From IMG/VR virus record IMGVR_UViG_3300004805_000005: a DNA stretch of 20,000 bases. One strand, 5' to 3'. Each line of letters starts with the position of its first letter. The first letter of the stretch is position 1. The translations under genes and the position numbers were made by a program. The notes beneath the pieces were generated by a model. It ran no database searches, was not told where the DNA came from, and saw only the letters and a program-made list of their open reading frames with translations. This document shows positions 15,933-20,000 of the stretch, piece after piece. Source of the stretch: an uncultured virus (IMG/VR IMGVR_UViG_3300004805_000005) (Duplodnaviria > Heunggongvirae > Uroviricota > Caudoviricetes).

Positions 15933-17108
15933 ATGAATAATAGATATAAAATTCTCACCCCCACAGGATTTCAACATTTTACAGGTATTCGTAAATTATC
16001 TGGAGAGTTGTATGAATTAAAAACTAATACTTGTACTATAAGCGCAACGAAATATCATCCATTTATGTGCAATGGAAACAAAACCCCCCTAGCTGCACTA
16101 TATTCTGGAGATGTTATAGATACTATCAATGGAACAGAAAACATCATTTCAATAACAAAACTACATAAGACAGATAATGTATATGATATTATTGGTGTTG
16201 AAAATGGTGAGATGTATTATTGTAATGATATTCTATCACATAATTGCTTTCTAGAAACAGGCGATTCAGCCATTGATATAGATCTGTTAAATGAATTAAC
16301 AGAAAAGTGTCGAGAACCTGAACATATATTCGAAGATGGTCACTATAAGGTATGGAGAGAGCCACAAGGAAACCATATCTATGGAATAGGCGTAGATGTA
16401 GGAGAAGGTATAGGAAAGGCCGCTTCGGTGGTACAAGTACTAGATTTTACAGACTTAACAGACATTCATCAAGTAGCTATGTACTCTGATCGGTATATTC
16501 ATCCTACTAGATTTGCTGGAATTATCAATCGAATCGCGCATCACTTTGGATGCCCACCCGTTTTAATCGAAAGAAATAACATAGGAAGCGAAGTTATTGC
16601 CATATTGAATGAAATTCATCATTATGATAATATTGTTGCCTGTAATCCAGAGTCTTTAGCCTATGGAGATATCAGGCCCGGAATCTTATCACATACTAAT
16701 ACTAAATTAAGCGGTGTGATGAACCTAAGATATTGGTTGAATATATCCAGAGTCGTTAATCTATATGATGCCGGAACGGTTCAGGAATTGAAAACCTTCG
16801 TCAGATATCCAAACGGATCTTGGAAGAAGAAACAAGGCGAAGATGTATTTGATGATAGAGTTATGGCTCTTGTATGGACACTATTTTTATTAGAGCCTGA
16901 TGTAGCTGAACGATATTATGATATTGTTGAGACGGATGATAATGGAAAACCACTAAAGATGGCGGCATATGTTATTCAACAAAATACTATGTTTAAATTA
17001 GATCCATTCTTCCAACAGACACCAAATGCTCCTATGCCTTCTTTCTTTAGTATGTCCCCTTCAGAAGATTTTGATGATCTGAGAAGAGAAGGATGGACAA
17101 GAGCATAG
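15933..17108 (+). CDS. terL: Terminase fragment 4: IntC3 (104 aa) plus nuclease domain (287 aa, from 16245)
   Basis: KILTPTGF, ATKYH, SGD, VYDI, LSHN|C; RNase H-like nuclease motifs IGVDVGEG, IERNN, DDRVMAL. Confidence 0.93.
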   Translation: MNNRYKILTPTGFQHFTGIRKLSGELYELKTNTCTISATKYHPFMCNGNKTPLAALYSGDVIDTINGTENIISITKLHKTDNVYDIIGVENGEMYYCNDILSHNCFLETGDSAIDIDLLNELTEKCREPEHIFEDGHYKVWREPQGNHIYGIGVDVGEGIGKAASVVQVLDFTDLTDIHQVAMYSDRYIHPTRFAGIINRIAHHFGCPPVLIERNNIGSEVIAILNEIHHYDNIVACNPESLAYGDIRPGILSHTNTKLSGVMNLRYWLNISRVVNLYDAGTVQELKTFVRYPNGSWKKKQGEDVFDDRVMALVWTLFLLEPDVAERYYDIVETDDNGKPLKMAAYVIQQNTMFKLDPFFQQTPNAPMPSFFSMSPSEDFDDLRREGWTRA

Positions 17109-17110
17109 TC

Positions 17111-17138
17111 TTGACTTTTATTAGAAGTATGTTAAGAT
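17111..17138 (+). promoter_or_regulatory. Sigma70-like promoter TTGACT-16-(TGn)TAAGAT
   Basis: Same -10 hexamer as at 6366; ATG 17145 follows 6 nt later. Confidence 0.6.
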
Positions 17139-17144
17139 ATTGAA

Positions 17145-17396
17145 ATGAACGAAGAACAAAAACCAATCGAATATCACCACGAGCTAACTGCAACCTTCAA
17201 GAGCAATATGGCCCCTCTTTGGCTCGTATTCAATAACAATATTTTCAACACACAAAACATTACTAATATCGAACGAATGCCAAACGGTGTGTTTATATAT
17301 ACAATTGATAGAAAAATACATACAGTAGAAGTAACAGATGTTAAAACTGTGTGGGAATCTCTACAGAAGGTGTTCTCTGAAGGTGTTACGGGTTAA
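17145..17396 (+). CDS. Hypothetical protein (83 aa)
   Basis: Fills the gap between terL and the convergent kamA; has its own promoter; stops overlap as TTAA. Confidence 0.65.
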   Translation: MNEEQKPIEYHHELTATFKSNMAPLWLVFNNNIFNTQNITNIERMPNGVFIYTIDRKIHTVEVTDVKTVWESLQKVFSEGVTG

Positions 17397-19732
17397 TTCA
17401 CTCTAGGATACTCGCTTATTCCACCAAATAGATTTTGGAAAATAACAGTATCCTTTTTTATTTCCTTTATATAGTTAGGAAGAAGCGGTATTTTTCCCTT
17501 TCCATCCTGTAGATCAACAATAAAAGACGGAACGCCTAATCCACTTATGTGCTTTCTTAAATAATCCATGACTTCTAATCCCTTTTCGATTGAAGTTTGG
17601 AAGTGATTCGTGCCTGTTACCTTGTCACAGCTAAAGATATAGTAAGGTCTAACCCTGAACGTCAGAAGTTTCCTGCATAATTCAGCCATCACTACAGGAT
17701 CATCGTTGATTCCTTTAAGCAATACACTTTGATTGTTAACTGGAATTCCCTTTTCTATCATCTTCAAACAGGCTTTCTTAGATTCTTCTGTTAGTTCATT
17801 AGGATGATTGAAGTGTGTATTCACGAATATAGGATGATATTTGTTTATCATGTTGACTAACTCACTGGTAATCCTTTGTGGCATGACAACCGGAGTACGA
17901 GTTCCAATACGAATGATCTCAACAGATTTAACAGATCGGATCTTGGAGATTATCTTCTCCAATTTAGAAGTAGACATGGTAAAAGCATCTCCACCAGAGA
18001 TGATAACATCTTTAATTTCGCTATGTAGGGTTAGATATTCTACTATTTTTTCTAATTGGCAATCTGTTAAATGATAATCTTTAGAACCGGCTACTCTTTT
18101 TCTAGTGCAATTATGGACAGACGCAAATTCTGCAAGATAGCTTTCGTCGCCTGTAACAGAAAGATCATAGAAAATTTCTTTGACGAATGGTTTTCTTTTT
18201 AAAATGTCTGATACTCTGCAAAAAATATAGCCATTATGTATAAAGGATTCGGATTTTGAAGAAATGGTATCTTTTTGTATACCAAGCCATTTATTGTAAC
18301 CATTTTCATCAAGTATTCTTATTTTATGCATTATTTTTAGGTTGTTTAGTTTTCTTCCATTAATACATACATCTGTTCTATTTTCTTCTTGGTGATAAAT
18401 AGAAGGCATATATCCAAGAGAAACCAACAACATAAAAATTTGACTAGAAAGATTTTCAGAAACAGTATTAAATTCAATAGATTTTGCTTTTGTATGAATT
18501 TTATGTTTATTAGAGAAATATCCATCTCCATCCAGCATTCCGTCAAGTAATTTCTTCTTAAAGCCATCTGTTGCAAAATTTATGATGCTTTCCGATATTG
18601 TTTTTTTATCAGAATATCTGCCGAACAAACTTTCAATTTCTTTGGCTAAGTCTGCATTATAAATCCTTACACAACAATTTGATTTGTTTTTATTTGTCTT
18701 TATTGTTATTTTACCAAGTTTTTGTCGTTTTACTATAATTTCAATTTTTCTTGCCAGTGTTTTTTCTTCTGTTTTGTTTAGCGAAAATCTAATGCATATT
18801 GGTTTGCCATTTTTTCTTTTTGGGATATCTCCTTCTGCTACATATAGTCCAAATAAATACGCCATCTCTTCGTTTTCGTATAGTTTATAATTTTGTAATG
18901 GCAAATTGTTTGTTTTTGGAATTGGAATACAAACATAGTCTCCTATTTCTATTTCGGAAGCATTTATAAAATTAGGTTTGAACTCTGTAACTCTATTAGG
19001 ATGTCTTTTCGCACATTGTTTTCTATTTGGCTTACAGACGCATTTTTCTCCACAATTACATAGAATATCTTTTCTTTTTAAGATTAAGAATGGATGCTCC
19101 TGTGTTGTTTCTATTTTTTGACTTCTTGATGTTTTTAATATTAAAACATCTTTCTTATATGTCCTATTAAACACATCATATACAGTACCAATTCCACCAG
19201 TATGTGTAATAACTGTATCGCCAATAATTATATCTTTAATATCCTTTTGTGTAAAATTGGACATTGTTATTTTTGTTTTGTCGCATAGAGAATGCCTACA
19301 ATACATGCTACATTGGCTCGTAGAGACAATTAACGCCCTGTCTGGGTATCTATGCACCAATCCATCCATAACAGTATCCTCTTCCTCGTGAAGGGGATCG
19401 TTGGATAAGAAGCTAGGATTATCTAATTCCAGAGGATTAGGAATGCATTGGCTGAAAATAGGATCACTATAATCAAACTTTCTTATCAGAGAGAAATAGT
19501 AAGGAGTTATTGCCAAGGGAAAACTCTGTTCGGTTTTTGATATTTCTTCAGAAAGAGAGAAGTGTTCCTTGCTCAATAGATTTTTCAGCCCATCAGAAGA
19601 CTTTATTCGGTTCTTAAGTTGCCATCTCCAGTCGCCCCAACCTTTCGATTGAGGCTTTCTACTACCGGGTTCTTCCGGTTCATTAATGTTGTCTATATTA
19701 GTTAAATTCGGCGTATCAATTTTGTGTATCAT
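17393..19732 (-). CDS. kamA: KamA-family radical SAM enzyme (lysine 2,3-aminomutase-like), intein-containing; ~385 aa after splicing
   Basis: WxDWRWQLKNRI, ITPYY, DPLxEE, GLVHRYPDR, CSMYCRH|CTRKR, ISGGD, RIGTRTPVVMPQRI, THFNHP, NQSVLLKGIND, PYY, and GKIP (PLP lysine); AAGGAG SD. Confidence 0.92.
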   Translation of the reverse strand: MIHKIDTPNLTNIDNINEPEEPGSRKPQSKGWGDWRWQLKNRIKSSDGLKNLLSKEHFSLSEEISKTEQSFPLAITPYYFSLIRKFDYSDPIFSQCIPNPLELDNPSFLSNDPLHEEEDTVMDGLVHRYPDRALIVSTSQCSMYCRHSLCDKTKITMSNFTQKDIKDIIIGDTVITHTGGIGTVYDVFNRTYKKDVLILKTSRSQKIETTQEHPFLILKRKDILCNCGEKCVCKPNRKQCAKRHPNRVTEFKPNFINASEIEIGDYVCIPIPKTNNLPLQNYKLYENEEMAYLFGLYVAEGDIPKRKNGKPICIRFSLNKTEEKTLARKIEIIVKRQKLGKITIKTNKNKSNCCVRIYNADLAKEIESLFGRYSDKKTISESIINFATDGFKKKLLDGMLDGDGYFSNKHKIHTKAKSIEFNTVSENLSSQIFMLLVSLGYMPSIYHQEENRTDVCINGRKLNNLKIMHKIRILDENGYNKWLGIQKDTISSKSESFIHNGYIFCRVSDILKRKPFVKEIFYDLSVTGDESYLAEFASVHNCTRKRVAGSKDYHLTDCQLEKIVEYLTLHSEIKDVIISGGDAFTMSTSKLEKIISKIRSVKSVEIIRIGTRTPVVMPQRITSELVNMINKYHPIFVNTHFNHPNELTEESKKACLKMIEKGIPVNNQSVLLKGINDDPVVMAELCRKLLTFRVRPYYIFSCDKVTGTNHFQTSIEKGLEVMDYLRKHISGLGVPSFIVDLQDGKGKIPLLPNYIKEIKKDTVIFQNLFGGISEYPRVN
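18110..19291 (-). mobile_element. Contiguous intein (394 aa) with LAGLIDADG homing endonuclease
   Basis: Begins SLCDKTKI (Ser1); IGDTVITHTG; block B TTQEHPF; LAGLIDADG motifs LFGLYVAEG and LLDGMLDGDG; block F FYDLSV; ends VHN|C. Confidence 0.93.
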
Positions 19733-19988
19733 GAGTCTCCTATCATCTATTTATGTTAAGTGTGTTGATTTGATATACCTTAGTGGAGATCATCTAAGGT
19801 ATTCATAATGATTGGAGAAGATTCCAGATAGGGAAAAGATCTTTCTATGTTATAATTATAGTATCTTTATCTGGTACATGGAATCATGAAAAGTCATGAA
19901 GAAATATACCAATTTATCCACTAGAAAGAAGCATAACATGGCGTAAAAATAAATCAAGGCTTTTATTGGATTTTGTGCATATAAACAC

Positions 19989-20000
19989 TAAGTAGTTATA
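19989..20000 (+). promoter_or_regulatory. Late-promoter-like motif TAAGTAGTTATA, predicting a plus-strand gene just beyond the window
   Basis: One mismatch from TAAATAGTTATA, which occurs three times elsewhere in the window. Confidence 0.45.

Noticed and set aside
12867..17108. Terminase as a pseudogene, frameshifted assembly, or product of stop-codon recoding
   Set aside because: All three breaks fall at the same position, 32-35 aa into an intein; each downstream ORF has its own ATG; breaks use TAA and two change frame; catalytic motifs are intact; other genes read normally in the standard code.
2296..18890. Small opposite-strand or nested ORFs in the track (e.g. 2531..3049, 3514..3756, 6279..6614, 8580..8876, 10628..10834, 14573..14860, 15057..15374, 17841..18074, 18346..18576)
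   Set aside because: They lie within better-supported genes, have shadow-type composition, and lack SDs or recognisable motifs. 10628..10834 shows no HUH/Y1 motif, so it is not tnpA.

Overview
AT-rich segment of a large T4-like (myovirus-type) phage genome, read in the standard genetic code. Recognisable genes: tail sheath (gp18-like, cut off at the left edge), tail terminator (gp3-like), neck protein (gp14-like), RNase H/5'-3' exonuclease, a SAM methyltransferase, a Pol-beta-type nucleotidyltransferase, several probable head-internal proteins, a non-autonomous IS200/IS605-family tnpB element, and a KamA-type lysine 2,3-aminomutase whose CxxxCxxC motif is interrupted by a LAGLIDADG intein. 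The standout is the large terminase (gp17-like), which is broken into FOUR genes (12867-17108) that can be rejoined by THREE atypically split inteins (32-35 aa IntN, ~105-111 aa IntC). The 545-aa second gene supplies only six residues to the mature enzyme, CIIIDE, which is the Walker B motif. Those residues sit in an IntC-peptide-IntN arrangement behind a putative homing endonuclease. Conceptual splicing gives a ~575-aa gp17-like protein with intact motifs. A recurring late-promoter-like motif (TAARTA-N4-TA) precedes most transcription units, including tnpB. All homology calls come from motif recognition by eye; no database search was run.
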